Source: Crocinitomicaceae bacterium (GTDB lineage: Bacteria > Bacteroidota > Bacteroidia > Flavobacteriales_D > Crocinitomicaceae). From it: a stretch of 64,000 nucleotides of DNA. Within the stretch, counting starts at the first letter, position 1. Each line of letters starts with the position of its first letter. A program made the translations under genes and the position numbers. Positions 28,088 to 38,036 of this stretch are shown here, in pieces. Location of the stretch: positions 6,635 to 70,634 of the forward strand of contig JAURNL010000041.1 of NCBI GenBank assembly GCA_030830205.1. The letters are read 5' to 3'. The notes beneath the pieces were generated by a model. It was not told where the DNA came from, did not search any database, and saw nothing but the letters and a program-made list of their open reading frames with translations.

Positions 28088-29137
28088 TTAAGGCGCGATA
28101 CTTTGTAAGTCTTTCGGGAACAAAGATTCCATAGCAGGGAAAAATACGTGTCCTAAGATGAGTGGATTAAAAACAAAATACTGACAGCGTACGAGTTCTC
28201 CATCTGGAAGTAAACACCAAAAGCTATTCATATCCATATTTACCAATTGACCAAATTCATTGCGCTGCTCCTCTTTGCTCTTAATTCTGAACATTTTCAA
28301 TGCAATTCGTTCGTATTTGGTTTGTACCTCAAAGCGGCAAAAAGGCCGGCTGTTTTTGACGCTATCTACTTGCTTGTTGGAGAGTGAAAAATTCTTTTGT
28401 TCGTAGTGAATTTTCTGAAAACCTTGAAGGTAGCGAAAAACATTGGTGGTATCTAAATAGGCTAGAGGTTTTCCATTTTGGGTGACCTGAAAGCGGCGAC
28501 CTTTATTTTGTAGTTCAAAATTTCGGTAAGACTCACCTTCAAATTTGGCTTTTACTTTGATGATATCTTCCATTTGTAGGGCCATAATTTCTGTGCAGGC
28601 CCACTGTCGTGGATCGGCAAAGAAACGTGGGTCTATGAGGCCGTGCATACCGGCAATCTTCATCATTACAGGATTGGCACTTTTTCCTTCAGCTTCGGTT
28701 TCGAGTAGCATAATCTGGCCGTAGTGATCTGGTGTGGCTGGGCCAAGATACCACGTTTTGGTCCAATCACCATCTTGAAAAATCTCTACTTTGATGTGAG
28801 AAGTTGACATCAACTCTGTGAATTTTTTTTCAGATTTCTTGGGTAAATAACCTTTGAATTCAATTTTATTGAGTGCTTCGAGAATCAAAGAAACATTTGC
28901 CTTGGAAACGCACCCGCCTTTACTATCTGTCCATGAGTTATCTTTTTTGACCAACGTGAATTGCTGTCCAAAAGCATCTGTAATGATCAATTTTGATACA
29001 CTTGTAGTATCTTCAATTTTAAAGTTAAAAGCGCGCGCATCAGATGCGTTTTGACCTCCTTTTAAATCAAGTGCCCACCATGTGAGTGCTCCCAATAGGA
29101 CTATAAATAAAATGAGTACAAGACCTTTTTTTTTCAT
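28088..29137 (-). CDS. DUF4340-like membrane-anchored protein
   Basis: 349 aa with an N-terminal anchor MKKKGLVLILFIVLLGALTWWAL. Size, topology and position directly after a GldG-type gene fit the DUF4340 family. The assignment is from memory, not a search. Confidence 0.55.
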   Translation of the reverse strand: MKKKGLVLILFIVLLGALTWWALDLKGGQNASDARAFNFKIEDTTSVSKLIITDAFGQQFTLVKKDNSWTDSKGGCVSKANVSLILEALNKIEFKGYLPKKSEKKFTELMSTSHIKVEIFQDGDWTKTWYLGPATPDHYGQIMLLETEAEGKSANPVMMKIAGMHGLIDPRFFADPRQWACTEIMALQMEDIIKVKAKFEGESYRNFELQNKGRRFQVTQNGKPLAYLDTTNVFRYLQGFQKIHYEQKNFSLSNKQVDSVKNSRPFCRFEVQTKYERIALKMFRIKSKEEQRNEFGQLVNMDMNSFWCLLPDGELVRCQYFVFNPLILGHVFFPAMESLFPKDLQSIAP

Positions 29138-29147
29138 GACTTATTCT

Positions 29148-30935
29148 TTAGCGAGTGTAGCGTCTTTGTCTGATCCAATGCATGATAAATGCGAATGCTA
29201 GAATCAGAAGCAGTGGTAAAAGCATGTTCATGCTTTTGTAAAAGAATGACGCCGTTTTAATTTTTTCTTTATCGATTTCTTTGATGTCAATCTGTCGGCT
29301 ACGGATATCTAATACGGAATTATCTCCCATCATGTAGTCTACTATATTTTGAAATAATTCTTGATTTCCGAAAATAATCGGAATTCGTCTTTGTGCTAAT
29401 TCCGCATCGACCTTGAGTTCATTGATAGCGATAGGCCGATATAGGTAACTGTTGATTTTTTTTGGATCGAGTATAGAATCGTAACTATTGCGGATAAAAG
29501 TACCATTTCCAATCACTAATATCTTTGTCTCTTTTTGACTTTCTTCTAGGTAGTTGGCATCCTTGTTATTGGCAAATTCGGCTACGATCCTGTTTTTGAA
29601 GTGTGACTGATAAAAACCTTCAGAAAGTCCGGCTACGCAAAGCTTATTGATTTCATCTTCTGGATTGTCTACCAATTTCGGATTTTTGCCGTAATTGAGC
29701 GGCAAGGCCAAATTGATTAATGGTTGTAATCCACTTGGAATTGCATTACTTGAGCTTGTGAGAATTGGAGTTAGCTGTGCTTTTGGCACTTGAACGAATT
29801 CAATTTCGTTGGCGTATTTCAATGAAATCGGATCTACATTGCGCGTTATTGGATGTAGACTTGGCGTAGCTAACACATGATAAAACCAGGGTAGGAATGC
29901 AGTTTCAGCAAAGGGGACTATTTTGGGAGCACAATTGACATCTAGTACATAATTTTCTTTGATTTTGATGCCGTAATCAAAGAGTAAGCGATCGAGTAAA
30001 AGGTTTTTGCGCGTAGTGTGGGTCATACCAGTGGCATTCAGGGTGTCCTCATTTAGCGCTAGCGTATTCATAAAGCAAAGTAGCTTACCTCCGCGCATCA
30101 CAAATTGATCAATGAGATAAAGGTCCTTTTGAGAAAAAGGTATTTGCGGATCAGCAATAATGAGGCCATCAACTTCTTTCAGCGCAGCAATGCTGTCGTT
30201 TAGACTGATGTCTTTGATTTGATAATAGGGAGAAATGAGTGCTCGTGCACGCATTGTTTCAGCAGGATTGAGTTCACCGTGCCCTTGCAAAAAGGCAACT
30301 GTGGGCTTGCTCTTCTGGGTTAGTCTGCGCATCGCAGAAAGTAAATTGTATTCGAGGTTGTTGAGTGCATTTTCGATAATTTCACCCATTTGCTCTAAAG
30401 CATACGGTCGGCCAGGTTGTGTGCCAGGCAAAAATTGTACGACGCCTTCTTTAGTAATTCCATTTACACTGTAAGAGAGTAAGGCCCCAGGAAACATGAG
30501 CATTTGACTTTGTGTTCCGTCTTTGAGGTAGAGAATTTCAAGAGGTAAAATTCCCTTTCCACGATCGTAAAGCTGGGCGCGTAGGGCATTTATTTCATCT
30601 TCTGTGCCAACATTGGGGTCTGTGAATAAAAATTCAATTCGGTTGCCAGCAATGCGTCTGAAATCTTTGAGTTTATCCTTAAGTGCATTTTGAAAGTTTT
30701 TCAATTCCGAAGGCATATTGCCATCTAAATAAATCTGAATACTGATTCGATTTTCAAAGTTATTTTTGTCGGAGAGATAATTGATGGTACTGTTGGCCAA
30801 AGAATAGCGCTGGTCTTTGGTCATGTCGAGCTTGTAATAAAGCATGGAGCCAATAAAGTTCAGCAAGATCAAAACAGCAGCAAGTAAACCCAGCACTGTC
30901 CAATTGTATAGTCCTTTAGTGAAGTTGAATTTCAT
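29148..30935 (-). CDS. gldG: gliding motility-associated ABC transporter accessory/substrate-binding protein GldG
   Basis: 595 aa with N- and C-terminal TM anchors (WTVLGLLAAVLILLNFIGS and MNMLLPLLLILAFAFIMHWI). It lies 3 nt downstream of the gldF-like permease. Confidence 0.75.
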   Translation of the reverse strand: MKFNFTKGLYNWTVLGLLAAVLILLNFIGSMLYYKLDMTKDQRYSLANSTINYLSDKNNFENRISIQIYLDGNMPSELKNFQNALKDKLKDFRRIAGNRIEFLFTDPNVGTEDEINALRAQLYDRGKGILPLEILYLKDGTQSQMLMFPGALLSYSVNGITKEGVVQFLPGTQPGRPYALEQMGEIIENALNNLEYNLLSAMRRLTQKSKPTVAFLQGHGELNPAETMRARALISPYYQIKDISLNDSIAALKEVDGLIIADPQIPFSQKDLYLIDQFVMRGGKLLCFMNTLALNEDTLNATGMTHTTRKNLLLDRLLFDYGIKIKENYVLDVNCAPKIVPFAETAFLPWFYHVLATPSLHPITRNVDPISLKYANEIEFVQVPKAQLTPILTSSSNAIPSGLQPLINLALPLNYGKNPKLVDNPEDEINKLCVAGLSEGFYQSHFKNRIVAEFANNKDANYLEESQKETKILVIGNGTFIRNSYDSILDPKKINSYLYRPIAINELKVDAELAQRRIPIIFGNQELFQNIVDYMMGDNSVLDIRSRQIDIKEIDKEKIKTASFFYKSMNMLLPLLLILAFAFIMHWIRQRRYTR

Positions 30936-30938
30936 GCG

Positions 30939-31670
30939 TTATTTTTTGAGCGATTTTAAAACAGTAAGCGATGCAACAAGGAAAATAGCATTCAGACTGA
31001 GAAAGTATAATAAATCACTGGTGTCAATCACCCCTTTTTTGATAGCTTCATAGTGAAAAGAGATGCCAATGTACTTGATCAGATAGTCAAGTCCGCCAAT
31101 TTGACTAAAGTTACCTAGTAATTCAAAGCCGTCATAAAATACCCAACAAAGAAACATTGCAAGTATAAACGCAACAATTTGGCTATGCGTGAGTGCAGAA
31201 GCAAACATTCCTATGGCAACAAAGGCTGCACCCAACATAAGTAAGCCTATGTAGGAGGTGAAGGTGGCACCTAAATCAATGTTGCCAATTGGTTTGCCAA
31301 GAAAATACATGCTCACAAGGTAAACAAGTGTTGGAAGAATAGCCACAAAAACTAATGCTACTCCAGCGAGGTATTTGGCAAAAATGAGTTGAAAGTCAGA
31401 GATAGGACGAGTAAGTAAAAGTTCGATGGTTCCGGTTCTGCGTTCTTCGGCTATGGAGCGCATAGTGATCGCAGGAATGAGAATCAAAAAAATAACCGGC
31501 GACATATTAAAAAATGGAATCAGATCGGCAGTTGAACCCTCTAGAAGATTAGTGTTGTAAGAAAGTACCCAGTGGAAGAGTCCTGAGGCAATGAGATAGA
31601 TCAGAATAAAAACATATCCGATGATTGAACTCAGGAAGCTCGATATTTCTTTTAAGAATAAGGCGCGCAT
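30939..31670 (-). CDS. gldF: gliding motility-associated ABC transporter permease GldF
   Basis: 243-aa ABC-2 type permease. The N-terminus MRALFLKEISSFLSSIIGYV and RRTGTIELLLTRPIS closely resemble GldF as I recall it. No ATPase (gldA) is adjacent, as in Flavobacterium johnsoniae. Confidence 0.8.
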   Translation of the reverse strand: MRALFLKEISSFLSSIIGYVFILIYLIASGLFHWVLSYNTNLLEGSTADLIPFFNMSPVIFLILIPAITMRSIAEERRTGTIELLLTRPISDFQLIFAKYLAGVALVFVAILPTLVYLVSMYFLGKPIGNIDLGATFTSYIGLLMLGAAFVAIGMFASALTHSQIVAFILAMFLCWVFYDGFELLGNFSQIGGLDYLIKYIGISFHYEAIKKGVIDTSDLLYFLSLNAIFLVASLTVLKSLKK

Positions 31671-31687
31671 AGTAAAAGTTGAGTTGT

Positions 31688-31695
31688 CAAAATTA
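31688..31695 (-). promoter_or_regulatory. putative -7 box TAATTTTG (minus strand), 17 nt upstream of gldF
   Basis: The plus strand reads caaaatta, between the csp terminator and the gldF ATG. Confidence 0.4.
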
Positions 31696-31714
31696 ACAAA
31701 TATCTATAAACGAA

Positions 31715-31740
31715 AATTCCCGCCTTGTGGGGCGGGAATT
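31715..31740 (-). terminator. rho-independent terminator downstream of the cold-shock gene
   Basis: Stems aattcccgcc and ggcgggaatt with a 6-nt loop, followed by a T-run on the minus strand. Confidence 0.65.
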
Positions 31741-31760
31741 TTAGATACACTCAATCTTTA

Positions 31761-31952
31761 TTATGCTTGTTTCACATTCACAGCGTTCAAGCCTTTACGG
31801 CCTTCTTGCAATTCGAATTCAACTTCGTCATTTTCTTTGATTTTGTCTACCAAACCGGTAACATGAACAAAATATTCTTTGTTCGTGTCTTCTTCAACAA
31901 TAAATCCAAAACCTTTGGTTTCGTTGAAAAATTTTACATGTCCTTTACTCAT
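31761..31952 (-). CDS. cold-shock protein (CspA family)
   Basis: 63 aa. RNP motifs KGFGFI and YFVHV appear in MSKGHVKFFNETKGFGFIVEEDTNKEYFVHV. Confidence 0.95.
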   Translation of the reverse strand: MSKGHVKFFNETKGFGFIVEEDTNKEYFVHVTGLVDKIKENDEVEFELQEGRKGLNAVNVKQA

Positions 31953-32010
31953 TCTAATAATATTAATTTCGGTAAAGGTAAGGACCTATTTGAGTTTTGC
32001 ACTATTTTTC

Positions 32011-32310
32011 TCAAATAAATGCGCTAAAATGTTGATTTAAACTCCAAGCTTCGGCTTTTTGATCAAACCATGGCTTGATTATGGGCCAAATAGAACTAAA
32101 AAGTGAAGAGTTTCTGTAGTTATTCAAATCTTCTTCAGAATTCCAGATAGAATAGGTGAAAATCAAACAAGGATCAGTTTGATCTTGAAGTAGTTGCATA
32201 CCACTACAGCCGGGGAATTGAGCTACTTCCCATTTTACCTGTTCAAAATGAGCTAAAAATTGTGTTAGGTGCTCTTCTTTGAAATGTAATTTGACAACTC
32301 TAGTAAGCAT
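32011..32310 (-). CDS. small ABM (antibiotic biosynthesis monooxygenase / Dabb-fold)-like protein
   Basis: 99 aa with a pattern of a ferredoxin-like dimeric alpha+beta barrel (VKLHFKEEHLTQF ... IWNSEEDLNNYRNS). The start overlaps the upstream stop (TGATG). Confidence 0.5.
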   Translation of the reverse strand: MLTRVVKLHFKEEHLTQFLAHFEQVKWEVAQFPGCSGMQLLQDQTDPCLIFTYSIWNSEEDLNNYRNSSLFSSIWPIIKPWFDQKAEAWSLNQHFSAFI

Positions 32311-33161
32311 CAGAACAGCGATTGTATATTTTCTTTAGAGCCTTGAGGGGTAAATTCTATATGAACTGGATCTCCAATACGCATTCCAAATAATTTGCTA
32401 GCACCTCCAAATCCATCATTGGCACCTCGATTGATGGCAATTTCTAAGCGACCAGAACTGTTAAAAATGGCAACACGCTCACCTTGAGATACAGCATTGT
32501 AGGTCGCAGAAATTTCATCGATAAAGTATTCTTTCTTCTGATACTTGATGATAAATGGAATGTCTTTTCCGAAGCGCTCAAAATCTGTTTGGGTAATATT
32601 CGTGATGAGGTTTCCAAAACTATCTATGTGAACAATGATACCACGAATCAAAAGCTGATCAATAGCAGGTTTTTGATCAAATGCCCTTCTGTAGTTACTG
32701 AAAACAGTTGCAAAACTTGAAATTGGGGTACCATTAGAAATTTTTAAAGCAAGATCTATAAAACAGTTCTTGGTGGTAAAACGCCATGCCTCAGGTTGGT
32801 CTTTGATCGCTGTGTAAAGGTAGAATTCATCAGGGTTGTCTTCTTCAAGAAAGCTACCAAAAAATCCATTGTCATTGCTAATGAAGTATTGATTTTTGTA
32901 TTTGAGTATACCTGGGTAGCGCTCGTTTGGTGCTTCAAATAGGGGCTCGCTATCAACGCCTATAATATGGATTGTACCTGGCGCAAATTCTTCAAAGCAG
33001 CAGCGTAATTGAAATGCAGCTTCGCTGACGTTAAATGGAGTAATCCCGTGACTGATATCGATTACATGCGCAGAAGGAAACGCTTTGAATAGCCTTCCTT
33101 TAATGGCTCCGACGTAGAAATCGTGATGGCCGTTGTCTGTAGTGAGCGTAATGATTTGCAT
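32310..33161 (-). CDS. SAM hydroxide adenosyltransferase family protein (DUF62; fold related to fluorinase/chlorinase)
   Basis: MQIITLTTDNGHHDFYVGAIKG N-terminus, IDISHGITPFNV, and VHIDSFGNLITNI motifs typical of DUF62. Confidence 0.8.
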   Translation of the reverse strand: MQIITLTTDNGHHDFYVGAIKGRLFKAFPSAHVIDISHGITPFNVSEAAFQLRCCFEEFAPGTIHIIGVDSEPLFEAPNERYPGILKYKNQYFISNDNGFFGSFLEEDNPDEFYLYTAIKDQPEAWRFTTKNCFIDLALKISNGTPISSFATVFSNYRRAFDQKPAIDQLLIRGIIVHIDSFGNLITNITQTDFERFGKDIPFIIKYQKKEYFIDEISATYNAVSQGERVAIFNSSGRLEIAINRGANDGFGGASKLFGMRIGDPVHIEFTPQGSKENIQSLF

Positions 33162-33252
33162 GGCAGAGAAGGCGACTTTGTCCTCAGAAATTCATAATTT
33201 TACCAAAAGTAATCGAAATCGTTAGAAACCCTTCATAAAACACCCAAATAAA

Positions 33253-34251
33253 TTGAGTACAGGTCAACGTCAGATCAGCATTGAGGGCCTCAATCCGGCC
33301 GAAATCTACGGCATAAACAATGCAAATCTCAAACACATCAAGAGTTTCTTTCCCAAGCTCAAGGTAATTGCCCGTGGAAATGAGCTCAATTTGGCAGGCG
33401 ACGACGAAGTGATGGATGAATTTGAACGCAAATTTGCGCTTCTAGTCCAACATTACCACACTTTTAATACCCTCACTGAGAATAACATCGATAATCTTAT
33501 GTTGCAAGACGGTGCCAAATTACTCTCCAAAGATGATGGTTCTGAAACCCTTGTACACGGAAATGGAGGGGTTAAAATCAAGGCAAGGACCGTAAATCAA
33601 AAGAAGTTGGTACAGGCAGTACTTGCCTCAGATATGGTTTTTGCAGTTGGCCCCGCAGGAACAGGAAAGACATATACAGCTGTTGCCATGGCGGTAAGAG
33701 CTTTAAAAGCAAAAGAAGTTAAGCGTATTATCTTAACGCGTCCAGCCGTTGAAGCGGGAGAAAACCTCGGTTTTTTACCGGGAGATCTCAAAGAAAAGCT
33801 TGATCCCTACCTAATGCCGCTCTACGACGCTCTTCGCGATATGATTCCTGCTGAGAAACTAGCTGACATGATTGAGTTTGGAGTTATAGAAATAGCGCCA
33901 TTAGCTTTTATGCGCGGTCGAACACTTGATAAAGCTTTCGTTATTTTAGATGAAGCTCAAAACACTACCCAAATGCAAATGAAAATGTTCTTGACACGCA
34001 TGGGTATGACTGCTAAATTTGTCATTACCGGCGATATGTCACAAGTAGATCTACCTTCGCGTCAGCGTTCAGGATTGGCCTACGCCCTAGATGTACTCCA
34101 CGACATTAATGAAATTAAAATCGTTCGTTTAGGGCAGTCTGATGTCATTCGTCACCGCCTAGTGAAGCAAATTATTGAAGCATTTGACGTCGCAGAGCAC
34201 CAAGAAAAATTACAAAAACAAGCCAAGCTTGAACAGAAAGAAAAACTTTAA
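33253..34251 (+). CDS. phoH: PhoH-family ATPase
   Basis: Walker [18 protein letters not shown] and Walker [11 protein letters not shown], with a GD(M/P)SQVDLP motif. TTG start as in the ORF track; no in-frame ATG is nearby. Confidence 0.9.
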   Translation: MSTGQRQISIEGLNPAEIYGINNANLKHIKSFFPKLKVIARGNELNLAGDDEVMDEFERKFALLVQHYHTFNTLTENNIDNLMLQDGAKLLSKDDGSETLVHGNGGVKIKARTVNQKKLVQAVLASDMVFAVGPAGTGKTYTAVAMAVRALKAKEVKRIILTRPAVEAGENLGFLPGDLKEKLDPYLMPLYDALRDMIPAEKLADMIEFGVIEIAPLAFMRGRTLDKAFVILDEAQNTTQMQMKMFLTRMGMTAKFVITGDMSQVDLPSRQRSGLAYALDVLHDINEIKIVRLGQSDVIRHRLVKQIIEAFDVAEHQEKLQKQAKLEQKEKL

Positions 34252-34279
34252 ATACATTCTTAAAAATCATTTAAAATAT

Positions 34280-35224
34280 ATGCAAGCCCTTACTAACAAT
34301 TCCTTTCATTTCAATGGCCAAAAACATGTCTACAACGGAAAGGTAAGAGATGTTTACACATTAGATAGCGGCCTACTTGTGATGGTCGCTTCGGATCGCA
34401 TCTCGGCTTTTGATCACATTCTACCTAAAGGAATTCCATACAAAGGACAAGTGCTTAATCAGGTAGCAACTATGTTTTTGAATGCCACTAAAGATATTGT
34501 TCCGAATTGGTTGGTAGCAACCCCAGACCCGGCTGTTGCCATAGGAGTAGCCTGTGAACCAATAAGAATAGAAATGGTCATCAGAGGATATTTAGCAGGG
34601 CATGCTGCACGTGAATACAAAGCCGGAAAACGAATTTTATGTGGAGTTACTTTACCAGAAGGCCTCAAAGAAAATGACAAACTTCCGGAGCCCATCATTA
34701 CGCCTGCAACTAAGGCAGATGAAGGTCATGATGAAGATATTTCCAAAGAGGACATCCTTGCCAAAGGATTAGTGGATCCTCTAATCTACGCTCAAATGGA
34801 ACAATACACGCATGCTTTGTTTGAGCGTGGAACAGAAATGGCAGCAGAGCGGGGGCTTATCCTAGTAGATACTAAATACGAATTTGGTTTGCATAATGGT
34901 GTGGTTACGCTTATCGATGAAATCCACACACCAGATTCATCTCGTTATTTTTATGCTGATGGCTACCAAAAGCGTCAAGATAATGGGGAAGCACAAAAGC
35001 AGCTTTCCAAAGAATTTGTTCGTCAATGGCTTATTGAAAATGGTTTTCAAGGTCTGGAAGGACAAGAAATGCCAGCCATGCCTGATGAATTTGTTCATAC
35101 CATTTCGGAACGCTACATTGAATTATATGAACGCATAACTGGCCTCACTTTTCAAAAGGCCGATACCGAAAATATTGTTGCCAGAATTGAGCACAATGTC
35201 AATGCTTACCTCCAAAATAGCTGA
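34280..35224 (+). CDS. purC: phosphoribosylaminoimidazole-succinocarboxamide (SAICAR) synthase
   Basis: [15 protein letters not shown] and [11 protein letters not shown] motifs. The ORF-track start at 34175 overlaps phoH, so I use the ATG at 34280 (MQALTNN). Confidence 0.92.
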   Translation: MQALTNNSFHFNGQKHVYNGKVRDVYTLDSGLLVMVASDRISAFDHILPKGIPYKGQVLNQVATMFLNATKDIVPNWLVATPDPAVAIGVACEPIRIEMVIRGYLAGHAAREYKAGKRILCGVTLPEGLKENDKLPEPIITPATKADEGHDEDISKEDILAKGLVDPLIYAQMEQYTHALFERGTEMAAERGLILVDTKYEFGLHNGVVTLIDEIHTPDSSRYFYADGYQKRQDNGEAQKQLSKEFVRQWLIENGFQGLEGQEMPAMPDEFVHTISERYIELYERITGLTFQKADTENIVARIEHNVNAYLQNS

Positions 35225-35226
35225 TT

Positions 35227-36045
35227 ATGTCTGTCCACGCCTCGAGTCCAAAAAAAATCACCACCCATACGCTTCAAGAAATGAAGCAAAATGGTCAAAA
35301 AATTTCCATGCTCACTGCCTATGACTACTCTATGGCACGGATAGTGGATGAAGCTGGAATTGATGTGATTCTCGTGGGTGATTCAGCTTCCAACGTCATG
35401 GCAGGTCACGAAACTACACTTCCTATTACACTTGATCAGATGATTTACCACGCATCAAGCGTAGTTCGTGCAGTGCAACGTTCTTTGGTTGTTGTCGACA
35501 TGCCTTTTGGTTCTTATCAAGGTAATTCAAAAGAGGCCTTATCTAGTGCAATTAAGATCATGAAAGAATCTGGTGGCCATGCTGTTAAAATGGAGGGTGG
35601 GCAAGAAATTTTAGAGTCAATAGGACGTATTTTAACCGCTGGAATTCCTGTAATGGGACACCTTGGCTTGACCCCTCAATCAATTTACAAATTTGGGACT
35701 TATGTTGTGCGCGCAAAAGAGGAAGAGGAGGCTGCCAGACTTATAGCCGATGCCAAGGCTTTGGAAGAAGTGGGCTGTTTTGCTATTGTACTTGAAAAGA
35801 TACCAGCGATACTTGCAACAAAAGTGGCTGAAATGGTTCAAATTCCAGTGATTGGTATTGGGGCTGGGGCAGGAGTGGATGGCCAAGTATTGGTTATTCA
35901 TGATATGCTTGGCATCAACAACGAGTTTAATCCGCGCTTCTTGCGTAAATACAATAATTTACATGCGCACATGCTCCGCGCATTTCAAGATTACAAAGCA
36001 GATGTTCAGTCAGGAGATTTCCCGAATGCATCCGAACAATATTAA
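35227..36045 (+). CDS. panB: 3-methyl-2-oxobutanoate hydroxymethyltransferase
   Basis: [24 protein letters not shown] and KMEGG motifs. Confidence 0.95.
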   Translation: MSVHASSPKKITTHTLQEMKQNGQKISMLTAYDYSMARIVDEAGIDVILVGDSASNVMAGHETTLPITLDQMIYHASSVVRAVQRSLVVVDMPFGSYQGNSKEALSSAIKIMKESGGHAVKMEGGQEILESIGRILTAGIPVMGHLGLTPQSIYKFGTYVVRAKEEEEAARLIADAKALEEVGCFAIVLEKIPAILATKVAEMVQIPVIGIGAGAGVDGQVLVIHDMLGINNEFNPRFLRKYNNLHAHMLRAFQDYKADVQSGDFPNASEQY

Positions 36046-36048
36046 TTG

Positions 36049-37089
36049 ATGCGCTGGCTCGCTTTTTTACTGATACTTCTGGCCTTTGGTTGTAGGCCCA
36101 AATCCGATTCACAACGAGGAGGTATTCCGAGAAATCTTTGTCAGTATAGCAAGCTTTTAACAATATGGAGGGTTGAGGATGGCTATGCTATTGAAATTCA
36201 AAATCCGGAACATCCCAAAGCACGCTTTAAATTTCTTCTCAAGAAATCATTTAAACGCATTGCAGCGCTTAGTGCAACACACGTAGGCATGATGGCTGCA
36301 CTCAAACAAGAACATCTGTTATGTGCTATTCCCGATAAACGCTATTTACACGCTCCAAAGGTTAAAAAACTACTTGCAAAAGGAAGTATTATCGATTTAC
36401 AAAGTGAACAGCAACTTTCAGTAAAAAAGCTGTTAGCAAAGCAAACTCAAGCATTGATTTACAGTGGTTTTGGACCAGAAAAAGCACAAATCAAAAGGTT
36501 AAGTACATTGGGCATTACCTGTATTCCTAATTTTGAGTGGCGTGAAACGCATCCTTTGGCTCGAGCAGAATGGATTTTGTTATTTGGTGCATTGACTGGG
36601 CAATTTGAAAAGGCACAGCTTCATTTTAGAAAGGTTTGTCAAAATTATATGCGCATACGGAAACAACCCAAATTGTGTAACACCAACCCTAATGTCATCA
36701 GTGGTTATATATACGGTGACCAATGGATAGCACCTGCTGGCAACAGTTTTGAAGCGAAATTGTATGCAGATGTTGCATTTGCCTATTATTTTAATGAGCG
36801 TCCCGGAACTGGGAGCTGCTTTAGTAGTATCCCGAGTATATTGACGAAAAGTGCAAGTGTGAGTATCTGGCTCAATCCAGGGCAATCAAGCCGTTCTGCA
36901 CTTCTGGCACAATATCCGAAATACAAGTATTTTCCATTTTTTGAAAAACGCATCTTTTGTTATACCCACAACACTAATTTTTATTGGGAGTGGGCTGCTG
37001 TCAGACCAGATTGGGTTTTATCAGACCTATCAAATATCCGTGACAATCCTACTGCTGATATGCACTTTTACAAAGAATTAAAACTATGA
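36049..37089 (+). CDS. ABC transporter periplasmic binding lipoprotein (BtuF/FecB-type, class III)
   Basis: Lipobox LLAFGC. Position directly upstream of FecCD-type permease and ATPase genes, with an ATGA overlap at 37086. Confidence 0.65.
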   Translation: MRWLAFLLILLAFGCRPKSDSQRGGIPRNLCQYSKLLTIWRVEDGYAIEIQNPEHPKARFKFLLKKSFKRIAALSATHVGMMAALKQEHLLCAIPDKRYLHAPKVKKLLAKGSIIDLQSEQQLSVKKLLAKQTQALIYSGFGPEKAQIKRLSTLGITCIPNFEWRETHPLARAEWILLFGALTGQFEKAQLHFRKVCQNYMRIRKQPKLCNTNPNVISGYIYGDQWIAPAGNSFEAKLYADVAFAYYFNERPGTGSCFSSIPSILTKSASVSIWLNPGQSSRSALLAQYPKYKYFPFFEKRIFCYTHNTNFYWEWAAVRPDWVLSDLSNIRDNPTADMHFYKELKL

Positions 37090-38036
37090 ATAGGAAAAGC
37101 CTAATGTTCATCGGGTTTACGCTAGTATTAGTTCTGAGCTGTTTGGTGCATCTGGAGCTAACCAAAGTAAATGTATTGAATGAAGTTCAAGCAAATATAT
37201 TATGGTGGGAATTTCGTTTTCCTCGCCTGGTTAGTGCACTTGTCGCTGGTGCAGGTTTGTCTTTAAGTGGACTATTGATGCAAAATCTTTTTCGAAATCC
37301 AATGGCCGGCCCTTATGTTTTAGGAATCAATTCAGGCGCTAGTTTGGCTACAGCACTTCTTATGATGGGTGGATTCACCTTTGTGAGCAGCAATTTAGGT
37401 TTGGTTGGCAGTGCATTGCTAGGAGCAATGTTAGCTGCTACTTTTATGCTCTTTGTCTCTTGGCGCATACAGCAAACTACGAGTTTATTATTGGTAGGTC
37501 TTATGTTTGCTAGTTTTACAGGTTCTATTGAGTCTGTTTTACAAAGCTGGGCTGCGCCTGAGGAGGTGAAGCAATTTTTCTTGTGGAATATGGGTTCTTT
37601 ACAACAGCTCACCGCACAGCAGGCGCCTTGGTTGATAGCCATTTTTGGAGTGGCGGTTATTTGGAGCTTACTTCTTGTAAAGGCACTCAATGCCTTTGTA
37701 CTGGGTCAAGAGCAAGCTTTTCAATTAGGTGTCCGAATCAAAACTGTACGCTTCTCTATCCTCGCCATTACGGCTATTTTAGCTGGAAGTGTTACAGCAT
37801 ATTGCGGACCAATTGCTTTTGTTGGATTGGCTATTCCAAATTTAGGCAGACAACTTTTGCGTACTCAAGATCACTTGCATTTAATCCTATTCTGTCTATT
37901 TTTTGGCGCCTTCTTTCTGCTAGCCTGTGACGTTTTTTCACTCTTGTTAGAACCCTATTTTAGTCTTCCAATCAATGTCTTGACATCATTGATCGGTGCA
38001 CCGTATATCGCTTATCTAGTTTTACGCCGCTCATGA
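37086..38036 (+). CDS. iron-siderophore/cobalamin-type ABC transporter permease (FecCD/BtuC family)
   Basis: About 9 TM helices. It contains FPRLVSALVAGAGLSLSGLLMQNLFRNPMAGPYVLGINSGASL, typical of the FecCD family. Confidence 0.88.
   Translation: MNRKSLMFIGFTLVLVLSCLVHLELTKVNVLNEVQANILWWEFRFPRLVSALVAGAGLSLSGLLMQNLFRNPMAGPYVLGINSGASLATALLMMGGFTFVSSNLGLVGSALLGAMLAATFMLFVSWRIQQTTSLLLVGLMFASFTGSIESVLQSWAAPEEVKQFFLWNMGSLQQLTAQQAPWLIAIFGVAVIWSLLLVKALNAFVLGQEQAFQLGVRIKTVRFSILAITAILAGSVTAYCGPIAFVGLAIPNLGRQLLRTQDHLHLILFCLFFGAFFLLACDVFSLLLEPYFSLPINVLTSLIGAPYIAYLVLRRS

Noticed and set aside
29126-29134. A 9-nt homopolymer (T9 on the plus strand, A9 in the mRNA) directly after the ATG of the DUF4340-like gene, considered as a phase-variation tract
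   Set aside because: It encodes the Lys-rich n-region (MKKKG) of a signal anchor, which is common in AT-rich genomes. Nothing else suggests contingency behaviour, and population data would be needed to show it.
31621-32018. Plus-strand ORFs 31621-31866 and 31725-32018 across the cold-shock locus
   Set aside because: They are antisense to a canonical CspA-family gene and cross its terminator hairpin. They are not supported.
34175-34279. N-terminal extensions proposed by the ORF track for purC (34175), tsf (41024), the coiled-coil protein (44691), DUF785 (54361), metF (6720) and the LuxR regulator (51004)
   Set aside because: Each extension overlaps the preceding gene or the divergent promoter region and encodes unconserved-looking sequence. 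An internal ATG gives the canonical family N-terminus.
37313-37930. ORFs 37313-37690 (minus strand) and 37583-37930 (plus strand) inside the FecCD permease gene
   Set aside because: They are alternative-frame shadows of a hydrophobic membrane-protein gene. The permease frame is continuous and carries family motifs.
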